Counted from the stretch's first letter, positions 18,344-29,100 are shown. The stretch: 64,000 nt of DNA from an uncultured Verrucomicrobia subdivision 3 bacterium (GCA_903827955.1 CAIKKJ010000054.1:2298-66297), one strand, 5' to 3'. The notes: generated by a model not told the origin, from the sequence alone. Translations and numbers: made by a program.

Positions 18344-19354
18344 TCAGCTTTTCGGCGCGGCGGTGCTTTGGCGTTCGATGATTTCGGCAGGCAGGCGCTT
18401 GGTCTGGACACTTTCGCCGTGAAGCAGCGACAGCATGCTTTCGATCGCGGCCAGACCAAGTCGCAGTTTCGGCTGACGCACGGTGGTCAGCGGCACGCGA
18501 AAATGTTGAGCCACCAAAATGTTTCCAAAACCGGCAATGGAGATGTCCTCGGGAATCTTCAAGCCCTGCTGCAACAAGGTTTCCGCCGCGCCGATGGCCA
18601 CCAGATCGCTCACCGCCTGCAACGCGGTCGGCTGGCAGTCTTCGTTCAGCATTTGCAACGCGGTGTTCACACCGTCCTCAATGGTGTTGCCGGAGGCGAA
18701 GACGAGGTTGTCATCCGGCTCGATGCCCGCCTCGCGCAAAGCGCGGCGATAGCCTTCAAAACGTTCGTGTGCCCAGGGTGCGGCGGGCGGCCCGGTGAAG
18801 TAGGCGATTTTTTTGTGGCCAAGACCGATGAGATGTTTGGTGACGTGATAGCTGGCGAGCCGTTCCTCGATTTCCACGCCGGGAAAATTTTTGCAGAACG
18901 GTGCGGGCGGGCCGAGCAGCACGGTGGGAATTTTCCGCGCGGCAATCTCCTGATAGACACGCGCCTCGGCCTCAAAACGATAAACCGGCGAGACGAACAA
19001 GCCATCCACGCGCCGCGAAATCATCCGGCGCAAAACCAAGTCTTCACGTTCCGGCTTGTTCAGCGTGTGGGCGAGGAGCAAATCGTAGCCGAGTTCAAAC
19101 GCCCGTTCCTCCATCGCATAAACCATGCGGGCATAAATCGGATTGGTGGTCGCGGGGATGACCAGGCCAAACAGCTTGGTCGTCCGCGAGCGCAGTCCTT
19201 GCGCGCTGGTGTCCGGGACGTAGCTCATCTGCGCGGCGAGCGCCTTGATTTTTTGCCGGGTCTCGGCGGAAACATCTTTTTGATCGCGCAACGCCTTCGA
19301 GACGGTCATCACGGAAACGTTGGCGAGAAGAGCAATGTCTTTGAGTCGAACCAT
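18344..19354 (-). CDS. LacI-family transcriptional regulator
   Basis: N-terminal HTH MVRLKDIALLANVSVMTVSKAL plus a periplasmic-binding-protein-like core. Confidence 0.88.
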   Translation of the reverse strand: MVRLKDIALLANVSVMTVSKALRDQKDVSAETRQKIKALAAQMSYVPDTSAQGLRSRTTKLFGLVIPATTNPIYARMVYAMEERAFELGYDLLLAHTLNKPEREDLVLRRMISRRVDGLFVSPVYRFEAEARVYQEIAARKIPTVLLGPPAPFCKNFPGVEIEERLASYHVTKHLIGLGHKKIAYFTGPPAAPWAHERFEGYRRALREAGIEPDDNLVFASGNTIEDGVNTALQMLNEDCQPTALQAVSDLVAIGAAETLLQQGLKIPEDISIAGFGNILVAQHFRVPLTTVRQPKLRLGLAAIESMLSLLHGESVQTKRLPAEIIERQSTAAPKS

Positions 19355-19446
19355 TTTTTTGAATTATGAAATTGGAAGCCTGAAACCAGAAATAAAATTT
19401 CGGCCGTCGCCAGGATTTTGGAATTTAGGTTTCAAATTTCTGGTTT

Positions 19447-20331
19447 CTAAAGATACGTCCCGCGCCAGTGCAGCTTGCGGCGCATGGCTTCGAGGAAGGA
19501 ACCATGTTCCAGCCGCATCAACCGCACCGCGCGCCGGCTGCGGCGGATGGTGATTTCATCGCCGGCATCCAGTTCGCCGACGATCTGGCCGTCGGCATTC
19601 AAAAATGCGGCAGGTGCGGCGTTGATGGCTTTCACGCGGATGGTTGCGGACAGCGGCAGGATAATGGAGCGATTCGAAAGCGCGTGCGGACAAATCGGCG
19701 TGAGCGCGAAGACTTCCGCCGTGGGCAGAACAATTGCGCCGCCGGCCGCGAGCGAATACGCCGTAGAGCCAGTCGGCGAACTGACAATCAGACCATCGCA
19801 ACGGTAGCGCGTGACAAGCTCGCCGTTCACGGAAACATCCAGCGCAATCAGCCGCGAAACCGCGCCGCGCGTCACCACGATGTCGTTCAGCGCCGAAGCT
19901 GTCAGTCGGCTGCCGTGGCAAATGCCGGTCGCCTCGATGAGCGCGCGGGATTCAAATTTAAATTTTCCCTCCCAGACAGATTTCAGCGCGCCAGCGATTT
20001 GATCGGACGGAACGGCGGTGAGAAAGCCGAGGCTGCCGATATTCACGCCCAGCATCGGCGTGCGCGACCCAGCAATCTGCCGCGCGGCGTGCAACATCGT
20101 GCCGTCGCCGCCAAAGACGAGAATAAGATCCACTTCCTTCGCGAGCGCGGCGGCATCGGGACGCACCTCGCATTTGAGCCGAGAAATTTTGGCCGTGGCC
20201 GCATCGCAGAAAATCTTCCGCCCGGCGCGCTGGATGAGCCGCGCGGCGGCACGGACGCTGGCGGCGCACGCGGGTTTGTCCACGTTGCCAACGAGGCCGA
20301 TGCGACGGAAATGGTCAGCGGTCTTTTTCAA
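19447..20331 (-). CDS. nadK: NAD kinase
   Basis: GGDGTML motif with family-typical length and C-terminus. Confidence 0.9.
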   Translation of the reverse strand: MKKTADHFRRIGLVGNVDKPACAASVRAAARLIQRAGRKIFCDAATAKISRLKCEVRPDAAALAKEVDLILVFGGDGTMLHAARQIAGSRTPMLGVNIGSLGFLTAVPSDQIAGALKSVWEGKFKFESRALIEATGICHGSRLTASALNDIVVTRGAVSRLIALDVSVNGELVTRYRCDGLIVSSPTGSTAYSLAAGGAIVLPTAEVFALTPICPHALSNRSIILPLSATIRVKAINAAPAAFLNADGQIVGELDAGDEITIRRSRRAVRLMRLEHGSFLEAMRRKLHWRGTYL

Positions 20332-21049
20332 TCAGCGCCAGGAATTCTTTGTTGCCGGCGGGGCCGAGCAGCGGTGATTCAACCACACCGCGCCAGCAAA
20401 CACCAGCCTGCGCCGCGACAAATTCTTGGAGCTCCCGCAACACGCGTTCATGCACGGCGATGTCCGTGATGACGCCCCGGCCTTTGTCCACCTCGGCCTT
20501 GCCCGCCTCGAACTGCGGCTTGATGAGCGCGACGATTTTGCCGCCGGCCTGCACGAGCGGAATCGCGGCAGGCAAAATCTTCTTCAGCGAGATAAACGAG
20601 CAGTCGGCAACGACGAGATCAAACGGCTGAGGAAAATTCTCCGGCTGGAGAAAACGCGCGTTCGTTTTCTCCATCACGACCACGCGCGGGTCTTGCCGGA
20701 GTTTCCATGCGAGCTGCCCCTGCCCCACATCCACGGCAAAAACTTTTTCCGCGCCGCGTTGCAACAAACAGTCGGTGAAACCGCCGGTGGAAGCCCCGAG
20801 GTCAATCGCGGTGAGTCCCTTCACATCAATTTGAAAATGCTCCAGCGCGTGTTCCAGCTTGTGTCCGCCGCGACTGACAAACTTGTCCGCCGCGTCCAAA
20901 ACGATTTCATCGGCAGGCTTGATGTTGTCGCTGGGTTTTTTGGCGGGATGGCCGTTGACGCGCACCTGCCCGGCAAGGATGAAGCGCTTGGCTTTTTCGC
21001 GGCTGTCGCAAAGGCCGCGTTCCACGAGGGCCTGATCGAGACGCGTCAC
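20315..21049 (-). CDS. tlyA: TlyA-family rRNA 2'-O-methyltransferase
   Basis: S4 domain N-terminus and FtsJ-like core (IDLGASTGGFTDCLL, AVDVGQGQL). Confidence 0.88.
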   Translation of the reverse strand: MTRLDQALVERGLCDSREKAKRFILAGQVRVNGHPAKKPSDNIKPADEIVLDAADKFVSRGGHKLEHALEHFQIDVKGLTAIDLGASTGGFTDCLLQRGAEKVFAVDVGQGQLAWKLRQDPRVVVMEKTNARFLQPENFPQPFDLVVADCSFISLKKILPAAIPLVQAGGKIVALIKPQFEAGKAEVDKGRGVITDIAVHERVLRELQEFVAAQAGVCWRGVVESPLLGPAGNKEFLALIEKDR

Positions 21050-21525
21050 GGACGTTCGCTTTTGCCGCCGGCGAGCAGCCGGTTTTGGATATCACGGTAG
21101 TTGTGGAGAAAAAGATCGTTTTCCGCGACGGCTTTCTCAACGAGCTGGTTGAGCAGGAAAAGTTCGGAGCTGTTGACAACGGCGTGAACACTGTGCTTGA
21201 ACGCCTCCATCGGCACAAAGGTTTGAAACGAATCGCCGACGAGCAGCACGGTGGTGTGCCGGCGCTGGCTGGTGGTCATGTTTTGCAGCGCCTTGAGCGC
21301 CAGATTTTCCTCGACGATATTCGCGCCGAACAATTCTTCCACCAACACGACCTGATAATGCGCCTGGCTGAAGCGCAGGAGAAAATCGCTGTGCGTGGCA
21401 GCGGTGTGCACCTTGTAGCCGAGCTGTTGCAATGCAGCCTTGGCGGATTCCAGCCACGCCGGCGTGGAAAACGCGATGAGCGCCGGCTTGTCCGTGGTGG
21501 TGACAAAATCGAAGGAACCGTTCAT
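21046..21525 (-). CDS. hypothetical protein, receiver-like fold lacking the phospho-acceptor residues
   Basis: 159-aa ORF translationally coupled (4-bp overlaps) between the pilT-like gene and tlyA. It shows an alternating beta/alpha pattern, but the acidic pocket positions read ST / E. Confidence 0.5.
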   Translation of the reverse strand: MNGSFDFVTTTDKPALIAFSTPAWLESAKAALQQLGYKVHTAATHSDFLLRFSQAHYQVVLVEELFGANIVEENLALKALQNMTTSQRRHTTVLLVGDSFQTFVPMEAFKHSVHAVVNSSELFLLNQLVEKAVAENDLFLHNYRDIQNRLLAGGKSERP

Positions 21526-22730
21526 TTGAGTTTTAGGATGGGCGGCGAGTTGGGCGATTCCGGGCTGGAGCCGGGCATCGCGCCGGGTTTCATGCGGAGC
21601 GAGCCGGCGGTGTTGCTCATCTCGCCGCGCGCTTTTTTGAAATTATCAATGCCGCGCGAGACGACACTGCGCTTCGTGCAGTAAAGCATCGCGGTGTCTT
21701 CGGAGATCATGCCCTGTTCATAGGCTTCCAAGCACGCTTGATCAAACGTGCGCCAGCCGAACGTGTAACTCGCCTCGATGATTTCATAAAACGTTTTCCC
21801 CTCGCTCTCGCCGAGCCGGATAGCTTCCTGAATACGCAGATTGGAACCCATGATTTCAAACAACGCGTGCCGCGCACCGCCGACCTTGGGCGCGAGCCGC
21901 TGGCTGACAACCCAGCGCAGGGAATCGGAAAGCCGGATGCGCACCTGTTCCTGTTCCTCCGGCTCGAACATGCCGAGGATGCGGTTAATGGTTTCACCAG
22001 CGTTGATGGTGTGGAGCGTGCTCAGGACAAGGTGGCCGGTCTCCGCCGCGCTCAAGGCGATTTTCACCGTGTCGCGGTCGCGCATTTCGCCCACGAGAAT
22101 GACTTTGGGCGCCTGACGCAGCGCGGCGCGCAGGCCATTGGCATAGGAATCAAAGTCCACGCCGAGTTCGCGCTGGTTAAAGGTAGCGCGGTTGTGGCTG
22201 TGCAAATATTCCACCGGGTCTTCGAGCGTGACGATGTGGACGGGCTTCTCGCGGTTGATCTCGTTGAGGACGGCGGCGAGCGTGGTGGTCTTGCCGGAGC
22301 CGGTCGCACCGGTGACGAGCACGAGGCCGGTCTTTTCGGCGGGCAGCAGTTTGAGAACTTCCGGCAGCTTTAATTGTTCGAGTGTCGGGATGCTGGAGTT
22401 CAACTGGCGCATCACGATGGAATAATTTCCGCGCTGGGAAAAAACATTTACACGAAACCGGGCCGTTTCGCCAAGCGCGTAGGACGCATCGCACGAGCCG
22501 TGCCGCAGCAAATCTTCCAACTGCCACGCATTGTCGCCGACGATGTTCATGGCGATTGCCTCGACCTGATACGGCGTGAGCCGGGCGATGGGCGGGTCGA
22601 GGGTGACGGGCTTAAGTTCGCCGTAGGCCTCAACCTGCGGCGGGCGGCCGACGGTAAAATTCAGGTCGGAAACCTCCGGCTGCGACGCCAGCATCGTCAT
22701 TAAAATCTGGTCAAGCTCAGGGCGGCGCAT
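21522..22730 (-). CDS. PilT/PilU-family type IV pilus retraction ATPase
   Basis: Walker A GATGSGKTTTLAA, Asp/His boxes, and an extended Ser/Pro-rich C-terminus. Confidence 0.85.
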   Translation of the reverse strand: MRRPELDQILMTMLASQPEVSDLNFTVGRPPQVEAYGELKPVTLDPPIARLTPYQVEAIAMNIVGDNAWQLEDLLRHGSCDASYALGETARFRVNVFSQRGNYSIVMRQLNSSIPTLEQLKLPEVLKLLPAEKTGLVLVTGATGSGKTTTLAAVLNEINREKPVHIVTLEDPVEYLHSHNRATFNQRELGVDFDSYANGLRAALRQAPKVILVGEMRDRDTVKIALSAAETGHLVLSTLHTINAGETINRILGMFEPEEQEQVRIRLSDSLRWVVSQRLAPKVGGARHALFEIMGSNLRIQEAIRLGESEGKTFYEIIEASYTFGWRTFDQACLEAYEQGMISEDTAMLYCTKRSVVSRGIDNFKKARGEMSNTAGSLRMKPGAMPGSSPESPNSPPILKLK

Positions 22731-22733
22731 AAA

Positions 22734-23855
22734 TCACATGGCTTCGTCATCGTCCGGCGGATGCGCGAGGAGCGTGCGGAATTTTTTCTTGTCGAGCGAT
22801 TTGTCATAGGCGTCCTCCGGCGTGATCCGTTTCATGCGGACGTGTTCCATAATGTGATCGTCGAGCTGCTGGTTGCCGAATTTTTTTCCGACCTGGATCA
22901 TACCTTGAATCTGGTGTGTCTTGCCCTCGCGAACGAGGTTGGCCACGGCGGTGTTGAACACCAATATTTCAAACGCCGCCAAGCGGCCTTTTTTATCGCA
23001 GCGCTTGAAGAGCGTCTGCGCCACCACGCCTTTCAACGCCTCGGACAACGTCTGGCGAACCTTGTTCTGCTGGTCGGCGGGAAAAACGTCAATGATACGA
23101 TCCACCGTCTTCGCCGCGCTCTGCGTGTGCAGCGTGCCGAAAACTAAATGGCCGGTCGCGGCGGCGGTGATGGCAAGTTCGATGGTCTCCAGATCGCGCA
23201 TTTCACCGACCATGATGATGTCCGGGTCTTCGCGCAACGAGCCGCGCAAGGCAGCGGCGAAGGATTTGGTATGCACGCCAACTTCGCGATGGTTCACGAG
23301 GCAGCTTTTGCTTTCGTGGACGAACTCAATCGGGTCTTCAATCGTGATAATGTGGTCTTTGCGGTTGCGGTTTGCGTAATCTACGATGGCCGCGAGCGTG
23401 GTAGATTTGCCGGAGCCGGTCGGACCGGTCACCACGACGAGGCCGCGATGGAGCATCGCAAATTTTTTGAACACCGGCGGCAGCGGCGCTTCCAGCTTGT
23501 CAAAGTCCTCGAACGACAGCACGCGGCTGGGAATCTGGCGGAACACCGCACTGACGCCGTTTTTCTGGTTGAAGAAATTCACGCGGAAGCGCGAGATGTT
23601 CGGTATTTCGTAACCGAAGTCCACGTCGCCAGTTTCTTCGAACTGTTTAATTTTGTAATCGGGGGCGATTTCGTAGAGCATCGCCTTGAGATTGTCGCTT
23701 TCGAGCGGCGGAAAATCCACGCGCTGGAGATCGCCGTTGATGCGCATCATGGGCGGGTTGCCGGCAGCCATGTGCAAATCGGAAGCCCGCTGCTCAAACA
23801 TCAGGTTGAAAAATGCGTCAATTTTCGCCATAAGTCCTCTCGGTTGCCGCGACAC
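22734..23855 (-). CDS. pilT: type IV pilus twitching motility ATPase PilT
   Basis: Walker A GPTGSGKSTTLAA, GEMRD, and TGHLVFGTLHT. Confidence 0.9.
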   Translation of the reverse strand: MSRQPRGLMAKIDAFFNLMFEQRASDLHMAAGNPPMMRINGDLQRVDFPPLESDNLKAMLYEIAPDYKIKQFEETGDVDFGYEIPNISRFRVNFFNQKNGVSAVFRQIPSRVLSFEDFDKLEAPLPPVFKKFAMLHRGLVVVTGPTGSGKSTTLAAIVDYANRNRKDHIITIEDPIEFVHESKSCLVNHREVGVHTKSFAAALRGSLREDPDIIMVGEMRDLETIELAITAAATGHLVFGTLHTQSAAKTVDRIIDVFPADQQNKVRQTLSEALKGVVAQTLFKRCDKKGRLAAFEILVFNTAVANLVREGKTHQIQGMIQVGKKFGNQQLDDHIMEHVRMKRITPEDAYDKSLDKKKFRTLLAHPPDDDEAM

Positions 23856-23883
23856 TAATCAAAGCCATGCCACCCTGCAAGCA

Positions 23884-24975
23884 ATGAAAATGCCCACCGA
23901 ATATATCTGCGAAGAAATCCGCCAAAGCGGCGCAATTTCCTTCGCACGCTTCATGGAACTTGCGCTGTATTGTCCTGAAACTGGTTATTACGAACGGAAT
24001 CAGGACAACGTCGGGCGCACCGGCGACTTCATCACCAGCGTCAGCACGGGCGAACTTTTCGGGCAACTGCTCGCCTACCAGTTCGGCGGGTGGCTGGAAA
24101 ACTTGAAGCAATTCAAAATCCAAACCGAAAAATTGAAAATCGTCGAAGCCGGCGCGCACGATGGCAAACTCGCCGCCGACGTTTTGCTCTGGCTGAACGA
24201 AAACCGCCCGGAACTTTTTTCGGAAATCGAATACGTCATCCTCGAACCTTCCGCTAAGCGTCAGCAATGGCAGCAGGAAAAATTAAAAGCATTCACCAAC
24301 ATCCGCTGGGTTGGTCAGCCATCAGCGATCAGCAATCAGCCACTCGTTGGCATCATTTTTAGCAACGAATTGCTCGATGCCTTTTCCGTCTACCGCTTCG
24401 GCTGGAACGCGAAAGAAAAAAAATGGTTCGAGCACGGCGTCACCTTGGATGGTGAAAAATTTATTTGGACGCGACTACCGCCCCCGACGCTGCCATCCTC
24501 CATCCTCAATCTTCCATCCTCGCTGCTGGAAGTTTTGCCCGACGGCTACGCCATCGAATCTTCGCCCGCTGCCGAAAGTTGGTGGCGCGACGCCGCAAAA
24601 AATTTATCGCACGGCAAACTGCTGGCGATTGACTACGGGTTCACGGCGGAAGAACAATTTTCCCCGGCACGCGTGAACGGCACGCTGCGCGCCTATCACC
24701 GCCATCGCGTCACGGACGATTTGCTGGCGCATCCCGGCGACCATGACTTGACCGCGCACGTTAATTTTTCCGCGATCCAAAACTGCGGCGAGGCGGCTGG
24801 ATTAAAAACCGAAACCTATGCCACGCAGCCGCAATTTCTCACGCGCATCCTCGGCGCGGCCGTGAAACAAAAATATTTTACACCGCTGACGCCGAAACAA
24901 ATCCGCCAGTTTCAAACGCTCACGCACCCCGACCACCTCGGCCGCGCGTTCAAAGTGCTGGTGCAGTCGCGGTAA
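23884..24975 (+). CDS. SAM-dependent methyltransferase, MidA/NDUFAF7 (DUF185) family
   Basis: ISFARFMELALYCPETGYYE, GDFITS, EAGAHDG, NELLDAFSV. The start was chosen at the internal MKMPTEY. Confidence 0.8.
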   Translation: MKMPTEYICEEIRQSGAISFARFMELALYCPETGYYERNQDNVGRTGDFITSVSTGELFGQLLAYQFGGWLENLKQFKIQTEKLKIVEAGAHDGKLAADVLLWLNENRPELFSEIEYVILEPSAKRQQWQQEKLKAFTNIRWVGQPSAISNQPLVGIIFSNELLDAFSVYRFGWNAKEKKWFEHGVTLDGEKFIWTRLPPPTLPSSILNLPSSLLEVLPDGYAIESSPAAESWWRDAAKNLSHGKLLAIDYGFTAEEQFSPARVNGTLRAYHRHRVTDDLLAHPGDHDLTAHVNFSAIQNCGEAAGLKTETYATQPQFLTRILGAAVKQKYFTPLTPKQIRQFQTLTHPDHLGRAFKVLVQSR

Positions 24976-25015
24976 GCTTTTCCGACTGGCAGAAGCCGCA
25001 AGCGATAATTCTCCT

Positions 25016-25231
25016 GTGGTCTGGACAACGGACTGCCTGTCCATTTTGCTGGCGGCAATTACTGGAGCGACCTTCATGCCCATCAATTTTTTAGGCCGGA
25101 AACTTTTCCCGCGCCTGCAGCCGTGGCTGCAGCGACGGCGTATCCTCACCATCCTCGTCACCCTGCTCGTGGCCGTATTGTTTGCAATTATTGTTGGCGC
25201 GCTCATGTTTTTGGGCAATTCCCGCCACTAG
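25016..25231 (+). CDS. possible small two-TM membrane protein
   Basis: 71-aa ORF with two hydrophobic helices. No family recognised. Confidence 0.3.
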   Translation: MVWTTDCLSILLAAITGATFMPINFLGRKLFPRLQPWLQRRRILTILVTLLVAVLFAIIVGALMFLGNSRH

Positions 25232-25325
25232 TCCGGCTTCAGCCGAGTTTCGCGCCCGCCCTTGGTTTTCAGCCGCGAAATTTTTTATACAAATTCGGCG
25301 GCGGCGGTGTCTATGGATTGAAAAC

Positions 25326-25865
25326 GTGAACAGCGAACAACATTGGTGCGAGCAGATCTACGACGCAAAAGCGGCGGAAATGATCCTGTATGGCCGCGCG
25401 CTCGGCCTCGGCCACGGCGAGGCAGAAGACGTGTTGCAGGAGACATTTCTCGCGCTCCTGCCGATGGATTTCCCGCCGGCCAAACCGGAAAATTACATCG
25501 TGCGAAGCTTCCGAAATCGCGCGTTGAACTATCGCCGCACCCTCTGGCGGCGGCTGACGCGGGAATGGGAGTCGTTGCGCTGGTTCGAAAAATCGCCCGA
25601 TGAAACCCCGACGGAACGCGCGGCGATGCGTTCGCTGTCCGAATTGCCGGTAGCTCAACGCGAAGTCATCGTGCTGAAAGTCTGGCACGGCTGCACGTTC
25701 GAGGAAATCGGCGGCCTGCTGGACATCTCGCCAAACACGGCGGCGGGACGCTACCGCTACGGTTTGCAGAAAATGAAATCAAAACTGGAAGGAGTCGCTT
25801 ATGAAAGAGATGGACGAGAATCAATTGCGTGGCTGGCGGCCACGCCGGCCGGCAACGAAGCTTAA
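25326..25865 (+). CDS. ECF sigma-70 factor
   Basis: Region 2 (EDVLQETFLAL..YIVRSFRNRALNY) and region 4 (LPVAQREVIVLKVWHGCTFEEIGGLLDISPNTAAGRYRYGLQKMK). A GTG start at 25326 is assumed. Confidence 0.75.
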   Translation: MNSEQHWCEQIYDAKAAEMILYGRALGLGHGEAEDVLQETFLALLPMDFPPAKPENYIVRSFRNRALNYRRTLWRRLTREWESLRWFEKSPDETPTERAAMRSLSELPVAQREVIVLKVWHGCTFEEIGGLLDISPNTAAGRYRYGLQKMKSKLEGVAYERDGRESIAWLAATPAGNEA

Positions 25866-26178
25866 GCGGAACATTTTCCGCGCGGCAGATGCGACGATGG
25901 TGGCCTGGGATTTTTCCAAGCTCGCCCCGGCGACGGCCTGCCTGCTGTTCGCGCTGATGACGCTGCACTTCAATGGCCCCGCCGCCTGGCGCGGAGCCGG
26001 TGCGGTGGCGTATGCCAATTTCGCCGCCAACAGCAACGCGGCAGCGTTCAGCGACCATGCGCAGGAACCGGAGAACCACCTCGCCAGCGTCACTTTTGAT
26101 TGGACAAACCATAGTGTTTTCAAGTCTAGTATGCGTTCGCTATCCGGCCAAACGCCGGCAACCAATTTGAGCAACTGA
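25801..26178 (+). CDS. putative membrane-anchored anti-sigma factor
   Basis: Overlaps the 3' end of the sigma gene. It has a short cytoplasmic N-terminus, one TM helix (ATACLLFALMTL) and a small C-terminal domain. Confidence 0.5.
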   Translation: MKEMDENQLRGWRPRRPATKLKRNIFRAADATMVAWDFSKLAPATACLLFALMTLHFNGPAAWRGAGAVAYANFAANSNAAAFSDHAQEPENHLASVTFDWTNHSVFKSSMRSLSGQTPATNLSN

Positions 26179-26189
26179 ATTATTTTTAC

Positions 26190-29100
26190 ATGGAAACCCC
26201 GAAGAAGTCCCCCGCCAAACCTGAAGCTCCCAAAGCCCCTGCCGAATCCGCCAAGCCGGAGAAAGTTCCGCCGATGTTCCGCCCGATTGACTGGCTCTCG
26301 CTGCTCATCGCTTTCGGCGCAGTCTGGGCGGTTTATCTCTGGACGCTCGCGCCGGAATTGACGCTGGAAGATTCCGGCGAACTTTGCACCGGCTCGTATT
26401 ATGCCGGCATTCCGCATCCGCCGGGCTATCCGTTCTGGGCAATCTACAGCTGGCTGTGGACGGTCATCGTGCCGTTCGGCAACGTGGCTTGGCGCGTGGA
26501 AGTCGGGCAATCGTTCGCCTCCGCAATGGGCTGCGGCCTGCTGGCATTGATAGTTTCACGCGGCGGCAGCATGTTGATTGACGGCATCGAGGATTTGAAA
26601 GAAGTGAACCGCCGCTGGGAAAACGCCATCTGCATCGTCTCCGGCGTGGTGGCGGGCATGTTGCTCGGCTTCGGTGGTTTCATGTGGAAAGAATCGGTGG
26701 TCATCAACCGCATCTCGATTTTCGGCGTGCCGTGGCTGCTGGCGATGATTGCGCTGATGATGCGCTGGATGCATGCACCGCACCAACGCTGGTATCTGTA
26801 TTTTGCGATGCTGATTTTCGGCTGGATTGCAACGATCCACCAGAGCTTGATCCTGTGCGCCGTGGGCGTGGAAGTGCTGGTCGCAATGGTGCTGCCGCGT
26901 TTGGGCCGCGATTTGTTTGCGGTGAACAGTTTGATTTACCTTGTCATTCTTTATTACAAAGGCAAAGGCACGGTTCCGGCGTTGAACGCGATGACGTTCA
27001 CCGAACAGACCATCTTCAATACCGTCGGCTTGTTTTCAATTTCCTGTGTCGTCTGGCTGTTCATGAAAACGAACAAGCTGTTCTCGGAATGGAAATCCAT
27101 CCTCATCATGGGTGTGATGTGGGGGATGGGCGTGGCGGTCTATCTCTACGAGCCGATCTCCTGCATGACCTGCCCGCCGATGCAATGGGGTTACCCGCGC
27201 ACGGTTGAAGGATTCTTCCACGCACTGAGCCGCGGCCAATATGGCACGGGTGAAGGCACAAACGTGCTGCAAGATCCGTCACGTTTCCTGTTTCAACTAT
27301 GGTATCTCGCCGAGGGACTTTCCGAATCTTTCAGCTGGGTTTATATGTTCATCGGCCTGCTGCCATTCCTCTTCCTGAAAAAAATGCAGGCGCGCGAACG
27401 CGGCTGGATTATCGGCCTGACTACGATCTACCTGCTGCTCTCCGTGCAGCTTGTCATCGTGCTCAACGTCTCCGCTGATCGTTCCACGACGGAATTGAAC
27501 AAGGTTTTCTTCACCGCCTCCCACGGCGTGTTTGCCATCATGATCGGTTACGGTTTGGCCATCCTCGCCGCCTACATTTCGACGCACTATGAAAAATTCC
27601 GCCGGGTTGGCCTCATCGGCGGTGGCGTGGCGTTGGTGCTGGCGGTCTACTGCCTCATTGAGGCCATCGGCAAACTTTATTTCGGCAAGGCGGGTCAGTT
27701 GCAGATTTCCTGGCTGCCATTCTCCAAATGGGGCGGCTGGGATTATCTCGCGTTCGGGCCTTCCGGCCAATTTAGCTTGGGCGAAACCCCGCGCTGGATT
27801 TTTCAGGCGTTCACCAAAGATCAATACGGCCTGCCGGTCTTCGCCAACTTGATTCTCGTGGCCATGCCCATCGTGTTCATCGCCGCGCTACTGTTTTACC
27901 GCAAGCGCGGCCCCGTATTGATTTTGCTCTGCCTGTTCTGCCTCGCACCAGTTTGGTCCGGCATGTCGCACTGGTATAAGAGCGAGCAACGCAACCACTG
28001 GTTTGGCTACTGGTTCGGTCACGACATGTTCAATCCGCCGTTTGCTGATGCGACCGGCAAATTGAGCTACGACAGCGCCAAGCGCGCGGAGGTCATAAAG
28101 AATCCGGCGCAAGCAAAACTCACCTACCCCGAAATGACGCGCGATGCGATTCTTTACGGCGGCACGGATCCCGGACGTTTCTGCCCGACCTACATTATTT
28201 TCTGCGAAAGTTTCATTCCGCACCGCTGCCAACCGGAGCAGGATCAGAAATTTGACCGCCGCGATGTTTATATCATCACGCAAAACGCCCTCGCGGACGG
28301 GACGTATCTGGATTACCTGCGCTCACAATACAACCGTTCCAAACAGATTGACCCGCCGTTCTTCAGCCGGCTGTTCAAATACGTCTGCGCCGTCGGCGGC
28401 CTCGTCACACCCGGCAGCATCGTGACTGAAGGCATCGAGGCCGGCAACGGCGACTCCGGCAATTCACTTGTCGAAGGCGTCGCAAAAATTTTGGACGGCA
28501 CGCTGGATTCATTTTTCCTGGCCAACGGCAAACGCATTGAAAACCGCCGCCGCACCGAAGGCGTTTATCCGCCAAACGAAATCTACATCCCTACGCCCGA
28601 AGATTCGCAGGCGTGCTTCTCCGAATACGCCCGGCAGAAACAGCTCAACAGCACCGATGGTCGCATCCAAATTTCCGGCCAAGTGGATGTGATGAACATC
28701 AACGGACTGCTGTGCAAGGTGATTTTTGACAACTGCCCGACCAATGAATTTTTCATTGAGGAAAGTTTCCCGCTCGACTGGATGTATCCCTATGAAACTC
28801 CGTTCGGCGTCATCATGAAAATCAACCGGAACCCGCTGCCGGAATTGTCACAGGAAGCCATGGACTTGGACCACAAGTTCTGGATGGACTATTCGGCGCG
28901 CCTGTGCGGCAACTGGATTAATTACGATACCTCGGTGGAACAGATCGCGAAATTTGTTGACCAGACCTACATCCAAAACAATTACAAAGGCTTCACCGGC
29001 AGCCGCGCCTTCGTCCGCGATGACGACGCGCAAAAAGCTTTCTCCAAACTTCGCAGTTCGCAGGCCGGCATGTATGCCTGGCGCGCCGACCCGCGCACTT

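Noticed and set aside
18368-20469. Two roughly 333-aa plus-strand ORFs (18368-19369 and 19468-20469)
   Set aside because: They are antisense to the LacI-family regulator and to nadK/tlyA. Both are Arg/Gly-rich artefacts.
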